Source: Lachnospiraceae bacterium
Lineage (GTDB): Bacteria > Bacillota > Clostridia > Lachnospirales > Lachnospiraceae
NCBI GenBank assembly: GCA_017397645.1
Contig: JAFQIE010000026.1
Coordinates: forward strand, 42,941 to 106,940
Direction of reading: 5' to 3'
Length of the DNA: 64,000 bases
Of the stretch, positions 9,126-18,656 are shown one piece after another (within the stretch, counting starts at the first letter, position 1; each line of letters begins with the position of its first letter). The translations under genes were made by a program, and so were the position numbers. The notes under the pieces were generated by a model. It saw only the letters and a program-made list of their open reading frames with translations, made no database searches and was not told the DNA's origin.

Positions 9126-10166
9126 CTATAAATCTCCCTCGTATAATCTGAAGGCACCGGCCAAAATCTTTTCACACAAATCCCCAAAACTGATACCAAC
9201 GGCTGCTGCCTCTTGGGGCAACAGAGAGGTAGGGGTCATACCGGGCAAGGTGTTTGCCTCCAAGCAATAAATCTCTCCTGCTTCACTCATCATAAAATCC
9301 ATGCGGGCATAGTTTTTCAGGCGCAGGGCCTCAAATACTTTTTCCGCAATCTGTTGCATCTGCGCCGTTTTGTCTGCGTCCAATTCCGCAGGGCAAGTCT
9401 CCACAGTACTTCCTGCCTGGTATTTGTTCTTGTAGTCATAGAAACCTACTTTAGGTGCAATCTCGATGACCGGCAAGGCCTTGCCATCAATGACACCGAT
9501 GGAAAACTCTCTTCCCTTTATGTACTGTTCAATAACTACCTCGTCATCATAGCGGAAGGCTTCTTCCTTAGCCGCCTCATATTCCGCCTCGTCATGCGCC
9601 AGGCAAACGCCAACGCTGGAACCACCGCAACATGCTTTTACCACGCAGGGGAAGGGTACTTTCTCGCTTTCTGTCTCATTCTTCTTCAGGCGGATACCTG
9701 CCGGGGTCGGAATATTATGTGCCTTGAATATATCCTTAGTAATACCCTTATCCATGGCCATGGCTGAACTGACATAATCGGTACCGGTATAAGGAATGCC
9801 CAAGAGTTCAAAGCATGCCTGAATCTTACCGTCCTCACCGTTAGATCCGTGAAGTGCCATAAAGACACAATCTGCTGACTGGCAAATAGCAAGCACGTTG
9901 GGACCAAAAAAGCTCTTATCTCCGTCTTTACGCAATGCCTTCACCGCTTCCAAATCAGGGTTTTGAGCGTTGACGGAACGCACCTGTGCTGCCCAATCTT
10001 TGTCTTCTTCAAAAATAGTTGTAATGTTACCTTCATATCCCAAATACACATCCAACATCACTGTCTGATGTCCATTTGCTTTCAGAGCTTTATAAATCAT
10101 ACTTCCGGTACTTAGGGAAACATCTCTTTCTGTGCTAAGTCCGCCTGCCAAAACTACAATCTTCAT
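9126..10166 (-). CDS. ddl: D-alanine--D-alanine ligase
   Basis: GGLSTERDVS, LHGSNGEDG, GSSVG, FYDYKNKY, LEANTLPGMT. Confidence 0.96.
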   Translation of the reverse strand: MKIVVLAGGLSTERDVSLSTGSMIYKALKANGHQTVMLDVYLGYEGNITTIFEEDKDWAAQVRSVNAQNPDLEAVKALRKDGDKSFFGPNVLAICQSADCVFMALHGSNGEDGKIQACFELLGIPYTGTDYVSSAMAMDKGITKDIFKAHNIPTPAGIRLKKNETESEKVPFPCVVKACCGGSSVGVCLAHDEAEYEAAKEEAFRYDDEVVIEQYIKGREFSIGVIDGKALPVIEIAPKVGFYDYKNKYQAGSTVETCPAELDADKTAQMQQIAEKVFEALRLKNYARMDFMMSEAGEIYCLEANTLPGMTPTSLLPQEAAAVGISFGDLCEKILAGAFRLYEGDL

Positions 10167-10275
10167 ATCGATTCCTCTTTTCTTGTGCTCTTATACACAA
10201 AATATGTCGGTTTGCTTTAAGCATACCACAAAATTTCTGTGACGAAAAGACAAACCGACATGATTATTAGTAAAT

Positions 10276-11097
10276 TTATCTGAAAAGTGCCGCCGCATCT
10301 ATGGGCTCTCCATCCTTGGTCATCTTCAGGTATAGGTTGCTACCTTCCACAGTGTAATACTTGGTAGGCTTTGCCACATGACCAATGAGGTATCCGGCAC
10401 CCACATAATCGCCCGTGGCAACGGCTACGTTTTTCAACTGGCTGTAAGTGATTTCATAACCTCCACCCAGGTCCACAATGACCGTACCGCCGGTTTCCGG
10501 GGTTTCGTATACCCGCACTACCCTGCCTTCTGCGCAAGAGGCCACAACACTATCTTCTTTTGCGGAAATAATCACCGCAGGATTATATTTATACTGGTCC
10601 AGTGTAGCAAAATAAATGCTTCCATCCATACTATACGGCATCAGAACCTCTCCCGACACAGGACGGAGCAGGCCTTCGCTTTCCTGAAAATGATATTCTT
10701 CTGTTGGTTGCGCCTCCGCAAGAGCTTCTCCATCTCCTGCCTCATCTACTGTTGCACCATCCGCCACTTCTGCCCCATCCGTCTCCGGCACTACCACAGG
10801 GTTTTCTACCTTTGCGGAACCCACTTCCATGGGAACATAGTCTAAAGCGTCCTCGTTTTGGGTTAGGTCTTTTTCCGCATTAGCGATTTCCTGAAACTTC
10901 TCATCTCCTTGAATTTCAATTTGAGAAAAATCCAAAGTATATCCATCGTCCTGCGTATTCTTCTCATTATTTCCCATAAAGATGCCGGTCAAGGTCAGTG
11001 CAGCCAGCAAAAGCATGGAGGACGCCGCCATCACCGCCCTCTCGTTTTTCACGGTATTCTTCTTTGTCTTTCTATAATTCTTTGCATTTTTTTCCAT
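10276..11097 (-). CDS. spoIIQ: SpoIIQ-like M23/LytM-domain membrane protein with degenerate metal motif
   Basis: Basic N-terminus, single TM helix, acidic linker, C-terminal M23 fold (YFATLDQYKYNPA); sigF-type promoter upstream. Confidence 0.7.
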   Translation of the reverse strand: MEKNAKNYRKTKKNTVKNERAVMAASSMLLLAALTLTGIFMGNNEKNTQDDGYTLDFSQIEIQGDEKFQEIANAEKDLTQNEDALDYVPMEVGSAKVENPVVVPETDGAEVADGATVDEAGDGEALAEAQPTEEYHFQESEGLLRPVSGEVLMPYSMDGSIYFATLDQYKYNPAVIISAKEDSVVASCAEGRVVRVYETPETGGTVIVDLGGGYEITYSQLKNVAVATGDYVGAGYLIGHVAKPTKYYTVEGSNLYLKMTKDGEPIDAAALFR

Positions 11098-11158
11098 TTA
11101 TTTTCCCCTTATTCTTCCAATGATTTTCATCTATTCACTTTCTCTGACGATTTAATAA

Positions 11159-11187
11159 CATTTTGTCCCATTGGGAAAAATTTATAC
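11159..11187 (-). promoter_or_regulatory. sigma-F-type forespore promoter for the spoIIQ-like gene
   Basis: Minus strand GTATA-14 nt-GGACAAAATG, close to the sigF consensus. Confidence 0.55.
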
Positions 11188-11196
11188 GAGGAAATA

Positions 11197-11233
11197 AAAA
11201 AGAACCCTGTCCATTGTAGAACAGAGTTCTTTT
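11197..11233 (-). terminator. intrinsic terminator after the hydratase gene
   Basis: AAAAAGAACCCTGT...ACAGAGTTCTTTT inverted repeat with T-tails. Confidence 0.65.
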
Positions 11234-11242
11234 CATTCTTTT

Positions 11243-13534
11243 TTAATCCACGCGATTGTAATTGATCAGACATCCCTTTAGGATAATCCGTCTTTCTTCG
11301 TCAGTCATATCCCCCAGGCGAAGTTCGAAGGGAGCTAATTCGCCATCCTTCACCGCGTAAGCAGCAATGACATCTGCCTTTTCTTCCACAGCCTTCTTAA
11401 TATCAGGCAGGAAGATGTAATCCAAATTTTTAAACGGCAATTCACCTTCTTCAATCAGGAAGGGAAGCATACCCCAGTTAATCAAATTGGAACGATAACG
11501 CTTGGTAGCGTATTCGTTGGCAATGTTCGCCCAACCGCCCAGTACCTTCTGACAGGAAGCCGCCTGCTCTCTGGCGGAACCATCGCCGGGTTTCACTGCA
11601 AAAATAGTGGAACCGAAACCGGTGTTGCTACTGTCTGCAGCAGGATAAGATTTCCGCACCGCTTCCATCACCTTTTTTATTTCAGGCACTGCCACACAAG
11701 GCTCGCCACCCTCTGTGCGGGCCTTTTCTGCCTTTTGAATAGCCTTGGCGCGGGGCACATAGTTGGGATCCTTGCGGGAAAGCGCAAATTCTGCCAGTCC
11801 CAAAGGATTGGAACGATAGGATGAAGTCTCGCCGGAAGGAATCAACTCATCCGTGGTGGTCACGGGGTCATGAATCTCACTGACCACTTGCAATACCAGG
11901 TTTTCAGGTAACGCACCCATAGCGGGCCAGTCCTTGATGTTGGGGCCAAGCACAATTTCCACATCGGGATCTGCCACGCCCTTGGAATCAAACACGCGGT
12001 TTGCATATATTTTGCTGTCAAAATAATACTTGTACTGATTTAAAGTGCCATCAAACTCTGTTGCAGGGGTCAACACGCCCTTATTTGCCGCTGTGGCAGC
12101 GATGGAACGTGCATCCATCAAGGCCACAGAAGAAATCTGACCATTCTGCAATTTGCTTCCCTCTCTGTTGGGGAAGTTTCTGGTAGAGTGACGGATACTG
12201 AACGCATTGTTTGCGGGCGTATCCCCTGCGCCAAAGCAAGGACCGCAGAACGCTGTCTTCATCACCGCACCGGTCTCCAAAATAGTAGCAGCACAGCCAT
12301 TTCTAATCAATTCCATGTATACAGGCATGGAAGCAGGGTACACGCTTAAGGTGAAACCATCTGAGCCGATGTATTTGCCCTTCAAGATATCTGCCGCCGC
12401 GCATATATTTTCAAATCCACCGCCTGCGCAACCTGCGATAATTCCCTGGTCCACCAGCAGCTTACCGTTATGGACTTTATTTTTCAAACAAAACTCCACG
12501 GCACCATCCAAACTAACCTGGGCACTCTTTTCCACTTCGTCTAAGATATCCATCAGATTAGCATTCAATTCTTCTATGGTATAAGTATTGCTGGGGTGGA
12601 AAGGCATGGCAATCATAGGACGCACCTTTGATAAATCCACCACAATCATGCCGTCATAGTACGTCACCTGTCCCGGTGCCAATTTCTTGTATTCTTCTTT
12701 TCTGCCATGAATCTCATAAAATTCTTCGATTTTCTCATCGGTCTCCCAAATGGAAGAAAGGCAGGTGGTCTCCGTAGTCATAACGTCCACACCGATTCTA
12801 AAATCGGCACTCAAAGATGCAACACCGGGTCCCACAAATTCCATAACCTTATTTTTTACAAATCCATTTTTGAACACCGCACCAATGATAGCCAGCGCCA
12901 CGTCCTGAGGACCCACACCGGGTACCGGGGCACCGGTCATATACACGCCAACCACACCGGGCATATTGATATCATAGGTTTGGTTCAAAAGCTGCTTCAC
13001 CAGCTCCGGACCACCCTCGCCCACAGCCATGGTACCCAAGGCACCATAACGGGTATGGGAATCAGAACCTAAAATCATCTTGCCACCACCTGCCAGCATT
13101 TCTCTGGCATACTGATGAATAACTGCCTGATGAGGGGGTACATAGACGCCGCCATATTTCTTTGCACAGGACAGACCAAACATATGGTCATCCTCATTGA
13201 TAGTACCGCCTACCGCGCAAAGGGAATTATGGCAGTTGGTCAACACATAGGGCATGGGAAATTTCGTCAATCCCGACGCTCTTGCAGTCTGGATAATCCC
13301 TACAAAGGTAATATCATGACTTGTCAGTTTGTCAAATTTAATTTTTAGATTTTCCATGTTGGAGGAAGTATTGTGGCTTTCCAAAATACCATAGGCAATG
13401 GTATTCTTTGCCGCATTATGTTTGTCCACTTCCTTACCGGTTTTCGCCTTTATGGCTTGAGGTGCTTCCGGTCCCTCCGGAATCAATTCTGTACCGTTGA
13501 CCAAATAAACGCCTTGGTTTATCAATTCTATCAT
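11243..13534 (-). CDS. aconitase-family hydratase (YbhJ-like)
   Basis: [47 protein letters not shown]; start MIELINQG after GGAGGT. Confidence 0.9.
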   Translation of the reverse strand: MIELINQGVYLVNGTELIPEGPEAPQAIKAKTGKEVDKHNAAKNTIAYGILESHNTSSNMENLKIKFDKLTSHDITFVGIIQTARASGLTKFPMPYVLTNCHNSLCAVGGTINEDDHMFGLSCAKKYGGVYVPPHQAVIHQYAREMLAGGGKMILGSDSHTRYGALGTMAVGEGGPELVKQLLNQTYDINMPGVVGVYMTGAPVPGVGPQDVALAIIGAVFKNGFVKNKVMEFVGPGVASLSADFRIGVDVMTTETTCLSSIWETDEKIEEFYEIHGRKEEYKKLAPGQVTYYDGMIVVDLSKVRPMIAMPFHPSNTYTIEELNANLMDILDEVEKSAQVSLDGAVEFCLKNKVHNGKLLVDQGIIAGCAGGGFENICAAADILKGKYIGSDGFTLSVYPASMPVYMELIRNGCAATILETGAVMKTAFCGPCFGAGDTPANNAFSIRHSTRNFPNREGSKLQNGQISSVALMDARSIAATAANKGVLTPATEFDGTLNQYKYYFDSKIYANRVFDSKGVADPDVEIVLGPNIKDWPAMGALPENLVLQVVSEIHDPVTTTDELIPSGETSSYRSNPLGLAEFALSRKDPNYVPRAKAIQKAEKARTEGGEPCVAVPEIKKVMEAVRKSYPAADSSNTGFGSTIFAVKPGDGSAREQAASCQKVLGGWANIANEYATKRYRSNLINWGMLPFLIEEGELPFKNLDYIFLPDIKKAVEEKADVIAAYAVKDGELAPFELRLGDMTDEERRIILKGCLINYNRVD

Positions 13535-13615
13535 ACACGTACCTCCAATCCCATCTTTCTTCGGTTCCTGCTTCAAGTACCTACTTCATCGCTTGCGGGA
13601 ACCATAATCCATGGT

Positions 13616-14629
13616 TTACTTTCCTTTTATATGAATCAGCATTGCGTGGCCTTCAAAGCCCGCTCCGCCCACAATTTGCAATACATCCCTCTCTCCATTT
13701 ATGACATCTTTGTCATAAAAATGAACATGACCGGCAAGTACCAGTTCCACCGGGCTGTTTTTGGATGTCATCAAATCCACAAATTCCTGCGAAATCTCAT
13801 TGGGATAAATGCCGCCATAATTGCCCGCCCCCAGTACCACAGGGGTGTCCCAAACCTCTCTTGCCCGTCCCAACACCGATTGGGTCATGAACGGAACATG
13901 GCACACAACAATCATCGGAAGCGGCTCTTGCACCGACTCCTTCATCGTTACCTGATCATCTGAAGGAATCCCGAATGATTCCTTGAATCCTTGCAAACTC
14001 GCCTTTGTTACCTGATTGCTACTATTGTCCACTGCCACCACTGCAAGTCCCGGAAGTTCTAACACCTGAAAATCGTTGCCCTGAGGCATCAAATTTTTGA
14101 AACGGGGCAAATATTCTTCCTTCGCTGCCTCTGTCATGTATTCCCAAGGAAATGTCCAATCATGATTTCCGTTTGCGTACAAATAGGGCATGTTAAGTCT
14201 ACCCAATTGTTCCTCTATAAATGCAATATTTACGGCAGTGGGCACATCAATAATATCCCCTCCCAAAATCACTGCATCCACTTCCTGTTCGTTGGCATAG
14301 TCCATCCACGCCCCAAACTGATCCTTAGACAAAACGCCCTCTTTACTTACGAATTGAGGACTTCTCTCCAAATAGAGTTGCTTCTCCTGCTCACTGTCTC
14401 CCTGCCCTGCCAGCACGTGAGTGTCCGTAAGAAACAAGAGAGTGTACTCGCCCTCTAATCCCTCTACAAATATGGTTTCCTCTGTTACTGTTTTTTCCCA
14501 TACGTTGTCTTTGCCACCGATAGATTCTTGCGACTCTGGGAAGAGCCGTTCACCATCGGCACATCCGGTCAAGAAAACAAATATCAAAGGCAATAAAATT
14601 CTCCATTTTTGCAAACCAAACCTCTTCAT
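13616..14629 (-). CDS. metallophosphoesterase lipoprotein
   Basis: Lipobox LTGC; DTH, GGD-x-x-D, GNHD, GHVH calcineurin-like motifs. Confidence 0.88.
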   Translation of the reverse strand: MKRFGLQKWRILLPLIFVFLTGCADGERLFPESQESIGGKDNVWEKTVTEETIFVEGLEGEYTLLFLTDTHVLAGQGDSEQEKQLYLERSPQFVSKEGVLSKDQFGAWMDYANEQEVDAVILGGDIIDVPTAVNIAFIEEQLGRLNMPYLYANGNHDWTFPWEYMTEAAKEEYLPRFKNLMPQGNDFQVLELPGLAVVAVDNSSNQVTKASLQGFKESFGIPSDDQVTMKESVQEPLPMIVVCHVPFMTQSVLGRAREVWDTPVVLGAGNYGGIYPNEISQEFVDLMTSKNSPVELVLAGHVHFYDKDVINGERDVLQIVGGAGFEGHAMLIHIKGK

Positions 14630-14685
14630 TTCCCATACTATAACCGTTCAATTATATCATTAATACCCGGTTCATGGTACTGTTT

Positions 14686-14733
14686 TTTATATTGTTTCAT
14701 TTTTTATACTTTATATTGTTTCATTTTTTATAC
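14686..14733. repeat. perfect 24-bp tandem duplication
   Basis: TTTATATTGTTTCATTTTTTATAC twice, head to tail. Confidence 0.9.
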
Positions 14734-14786
14734 CCTAAGGCGCAAATTATTCCAATTATCCAAATTTATCTATGATTTGATTTTGG

Positions 14787-15977
14787 CTAACTCGACAACC
14801 ATTCCGCTATATCCACAATTTTAATACCCTCGTATTGGTACTCCGGATTTCTTGTACGCGCAATAATCATTTTCGGGTAGGCATCTTTAATGTTTAGCAA
14901 TGGGGAAACCTCCCGCTCAAAGGTCTTTTCATCTGTGATACTGTCAGATACTTGAATATAAACCTTTTCATTGCGTTTGATGGCCACAAAATCAATTTCT
15001 TTTTTATAGAGAACACCGACATAAACCTCGTAGCCTCTACGCAGCAACTCTAAAGCAACGATATTTTCAAGCACCCTGCCGTAGTCCATATTCTTTGTGC
15101 CGAGTTTTGCATAACGGAATGTATGGTCACTCAAATAATACTTGTCGTTAGAAGCAAGATATTTCTTGCCTTTGATATCATACCTGCGCACTTTATAAAA
15201 AGCAAAAGCATTGCAAAGATACTGCATGTATGAACCCACGGTTGTATGATGTATTTTTTCCATAGCAACTTTCAATGTGCTTGTAATATTTCTTGCAGAA
15301 GAAAGGTTAGAGATATTATCCATCAAGTAATCCACAATTCTATCCATCAATTGAACATTGCGTATTTTATATTTTCTACGTATGTCTCGAACTATTAGAG
15401 TGTCAAATACTTCGGCAATATAATCGTACTTTGCTTCCTGGTCTTTGTAGAGATAAGAGCCTGACATACCACCCTCATGCATATATTTATCAAATGCATT
15501 GTATTTATCAATATAACCAAAATATTGTAAATACTCACTGAACGAAAATGGATAAACCTTGATTTCAAATGTTCTTCCTGTAAACAAGGTTGCAAGATCA
15601 GAGCTTAACAGGAATGCATTAGAACCCGTGATATAAATATCATATTTTTCAGTAGCATGTAAACCATTAATTGCTTTTTCAAAATCATCGCACATCTGCA
15701 CTTCGTCTATAAAAACAAAGTTGGACTTACCTTTAACATATTGGGAATTGACGTAATCATACAATGGACGATATTTAAGTAAATGGTCATATTCAGGGAG
15801 GTTAAAATTAATATGAATAATGTTTATGTTTGAAATGTTTTTTTCAATGTATCCCTTAAAGGCATCGAGCAGTTTAGACTTGCCACAGCGACGGACACCG
15901 GTTATAACTTTAATATCGGGCGTACCGATAACACGAATCATTTTGTCTAAATATTGTTTTCTTTCAATCAATTTCAT
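14787..15977 (-). CDS. AAA_14 ATPase with DUF4143 (ATP-binding protein)
   Basis: ITGVRRCGKS Walker A, FIDEVQ Walker B, TGSNA, LENIVALELLRRG, EIDFVA; visibly AT-rich relative to flanks. Confidence 0.9.
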   Translation of the reverse strand: MKLIERKQYLDKMIRVIGTPDIKVITGVRRCGKSKLLDAFKGYIEKNISNINIIHINFNLPEYDHLLKYRPLYDYVNSQYVKGKSNFVFIDEVQMCDDFEKAINGLHATEKYDIYITGSNAFLLSSDLATLFTGRTFEIKVYPFSFSEYLQYFGYIDKYNAFDKYMHEGGMSGSYLYKDQEAKYDYIAEVFDTLIVRDIRRKYKIRNVQLMDRIVDYLMDNISNLSSARNITSTLKVAMEKIHHTTVGSYMQYLCNAFAFYKVRRYDIKGKKYLASNDKYYLSDHTFRYAKLGTKNMDYGRVLENIVALELLRRGYEVYVGVLYKKEIDFVAIKRNEKVYIQVSDSITDEKTFEREVSPLLNIKDAYPKMIIARTRNPEYQYEGIKIVDIAEWLSS

Positions 15978-16090
15978 ATAAATCACCTCGCATAATTAGT
16001 GTATCACTGTTAATCTCCAAAATCAATATTTTTTCAAAAATGGCTAATAGAGCTTTATCACACTTATACAGAAAACAGTATAATAAAAAA

Positions 16091-16119
16091 GTGTAACCTC
16101 ATTGTTACTGAGGTTACAC
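16091..16119 (-). terminator. intrinsic terminator of glgP
   Basis: GTGTAACCTCA-n7-TGAGGTTACAC followed by a T-run on the minus strand. Confidence 0.8.
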
Positions 16120-16142
16120 CACAACGTTACCCTATTTTATAT

Positions 16143-18635
16143 TTACTTCAGCACTACCTTATCCAAATGCCAAATCTCATCCACATACTCCTGAATGGTT
16201 CTGTCAGAGGTAAACTTGCCGGAGCAAGCCACATTCAAAATGGCACTGCGCGCCCAGTTTTCTCTGTCCTTGTAAGCAGTCTCCACTTGTCTTTGGGCAT
16301 CCGCATAGGAATTGAAATCCTTGAGAATAAAATAGGTATCTGCCTTGGACGTAGACAAGGTGTTCAATAAGGAATTATACAAAGGACGGAACAGTTCCGT
16401 ATCTTCTGCATAAGTGCCGTCGATGAGCTGGTCTACCACCTTACGAATCTTTAGGTCGCTGCGGTAAATGTCCATGGGGTCGTATCCGCCATGATTCTCA
16501 TAGTAGATTACTTCGTCAGAAGAAAGGCCAAAGATAAACGCATGCTCTCTACCCACTTCTTCCACGATTTCCACGTTGGCACCGTCCATGGTGCCCAAGG
16601 TCAGGGCGCCGTTTAACATGAACTTCATGTTACCGGTACCGGAAGCCTCCTTGCTGGCGGTAGATATCTGCTCGGAAACATCTGCTGCCGCAAAGATAAT
16701 CTCCGCATTGGAAACATTATAGTTTTCAATGAAAACAACCTTCAATTTACCCTGCAAAGCACTATCATTGTTTACCACATCTGCCACCGCATTGATGAGC
16801 TTAATGGTCAATTTCGCATTGCGGTAACCTGCTGCCGCCTTAGCACCGAAAATAAAGGTTCTGGGATAGAACTCCATCTCCGGATTGGCCTTTAATTCGT
16901 TGTACAAATGCATCACATGCAGAATATTCAAAAGCTGTCTCTTATACTCATGCAAACGCTTTACCTGCACGTCGAAAATGGAATTAGGATCCACTTCCAC
17001 ACCATTGTGCTTCAAAATATAATCTGCCAAACGCAATTTATTCTGATACTTAATCTCCATGAATTCCTTGCGGGCTTTTTTGTTATCAGCAAGCTCTGCC
17101 AATTTCGAAATCTTGGACAAATCCGTCACCCATTCGTCCGTGCCGATCTTCTCTGTTACCCAAGCGGCCAACAAAGGATTGCCGTGCTTTAGGAAACGTC
17201 TCTGGGTGATACCATTGGTCTTATTATTAAACCGCTCAGGGAACATCTCGTAGAAGTCTTTCAGTTCCTGATGCTTCAAAATCTCTGTGTGCAATCTTGC
17301 CACACCGTTGACAGAATAACCTGCCACGATGGCCATATGCGCCATCTTCACCTGTCCATCATAAAGGATAGCCATCTTGCGAATCTTGTCTTCTACATTG
17401 ACACCCCATACGTTTTTGTACTTCTCTTCAATTTGAAGTACAAATCTGCGGTTAATCTCTTCCACAATCTGATAGATTCTGGGCAGTAGTCTGGAGAACA
17501 AATCGATGGGCCACTTCTCCAACGCTTCCGCCATAATGGTATGGTTGGTATAAGCGCATGTCTTCGTAGTGATTTCCCAGGCTTCCTCCCAAGAAAGACC
17601 GTAATCGTCCAGCAAAATACGCATCAACTCCGGAATTGCCACCGTAGGATGAGTATCGTTCAACTGGAAGGTCACCTTCTCATGGAATTTGTGAATATCT
17701 CCGTGCCTTCTCATATATTTTTCCACTGCTTCCTGTACGGATGCAGAAATGAAGAAATACTGCTGTTTCAAGCGCAGTTCCTTACCCGCATAATGGTTAT
17801 CATTGGGGTAAAGCACTTCCACAATATTTCTGGCCAGATTTTCCTGCTCCACCGCCATGCGGTAATCGCCCTTGTCAAAGGAATCCAACTGGAAACCAAC
17901 AATGGGCTCTGCGTCCCAAATACGAAGGGTATTTACAATACCATTTCCATAACCCACAATAGGGAAATCAAAGGGTACCGCACGGACTGCGCTATAATCT
18001 GTCTGATAAAAACGGGCTCTGCCGTATTCGTCAGCGGTCATATTTACCTTGCCACCAAATTTAACAATTTTTGCATATTCAGGTCTGCGGAGTTCAAAGG
18101 GATTGCCTTCCTTCAGCCACTCGTCCGGCACCTCTACCTGATAGCCGTCTCTGATCTGTTGCTTGAACATACCGTAGCGGTAACGGATACCACAGCCGTA
18201 TGCAGGATAACCGAGGGTCGCCAGAGAATCCAAAAAACAAGCTGCCAAACGTCCCAGACCACCATTGCCCAGCGCCGCATCGGGCTCCTCGTCCTCGATG
18301 ACATTTAAATCCAAGCCGAGCTCATCCAATGCTTCTTTCACTGCATCATATGCCTGCAGGTTAATCATATTGTTACCAAGGGCACGACCCATTAGGAATT
18401 CCATAGACATATAGTACACAATCTTGGGATCCTGCTTGTCATAAGCTTTCTGGGTCTCCATCCAGTTGCCGATAATATTGTCCTTGATGGCATAGGAAAC
18501 TGCCTGGAACACCTGCTGGGGTGTAGCTTCTGTAAGATCCTTGCGGAACATGGTGCGAATGTTGTACTCCACGCTTCTTTTGAATAAATCCTTGTCAAAC
18601 AAAAACTCTTTATTCTTAGATACTTCTTTTTTCAT
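16143..18635 (-). CDS. glgP: glycogen/starch/alpha-glucan phosphorylase
   Basis: LGNGGLGRLAAC, QLNDTHP, KRLHEYKRQ, EASGTGNMKF (PLP lysine). Confidence 0.97.
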   Translation of the reverse strand: MKKEVSKNKEFLFDKDLFKRSVEYNIRTMFRKDLTEATPQQVFQAVSYAIKDNIIGNWMETQKAYDKQDPKIVYYMSMEFLMGRALGNNMINLQAYDAVKEALDELGLDLNVIEDEEPDAALGNGGLGRLAACFLDSLATLGYPAYGCGIRYRYGMFKQQIRDGYQVEVPDEWLKEGNPFELRRPEYAKIVKFGGKVNMTADEYGRARFYQTDYSAVRAVPFDFPIVGYGNGIVNTLRIWDAEPIVGFQLDSFDKGDYRMAVEQENLARNIVEVLYPNDNHYAGKELRLKQQYFFISASVQEAVEKYMRRHGDIHKFHEKVTFQLNDTHPTVAIPELMRILLDDYGLSWEEAWEITTKTCAYTNHTIMAEALEKWPIDLFSRLLPRIYQIVEEINRRFVLQIEEKYKNVWGVNVEDKIRKMAILYDGQVKMAHMAIVAGYSVNGVARLHTEILKHQELKDFYEMFPERFNNKTNGITQRRFLKHGNPLLAAWVTEKIGTDEWVTDLSKISKLAELADNKKARKEFMEIKYQNKLRLADYILKHNGVEVDPNSIFDVQVKRLHEYKRQLLNILHVMHLYNELKANPEMEFYPRTFIFGAKAAAGYRNAKLTIKLINAVADVVNNDSALQGKLKVVFIENYNVSNAEIIFAAADVSEQISTASKEASGTGNMKFMLNGALTLGTMDGANVEIVEEVGREHAFIFGLSSDEVIYYENHGGYDPMDIYRSDLKIRKVVDQLIDGTYAEDTELFRPLYNSLLNTLSTSKADTYFILKDFNSYADAQRQVETAYKDRENWARSAILNVACSGKFTSDRTIQEYVDEIWHLDKVVLK

Positions 18636-18656
18636 ATATAATTACAAACCTCTCCT

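Noticed and set aside
9126-10166. Vancomycin-resistance D-Ala-D-Lac ligase
   Set aside because: Omega loop FYDYKNKY keeps the Tyr typical of D-Ala-D-Ala ligases; adjacent to murF; no vanH/vanX/vanRS
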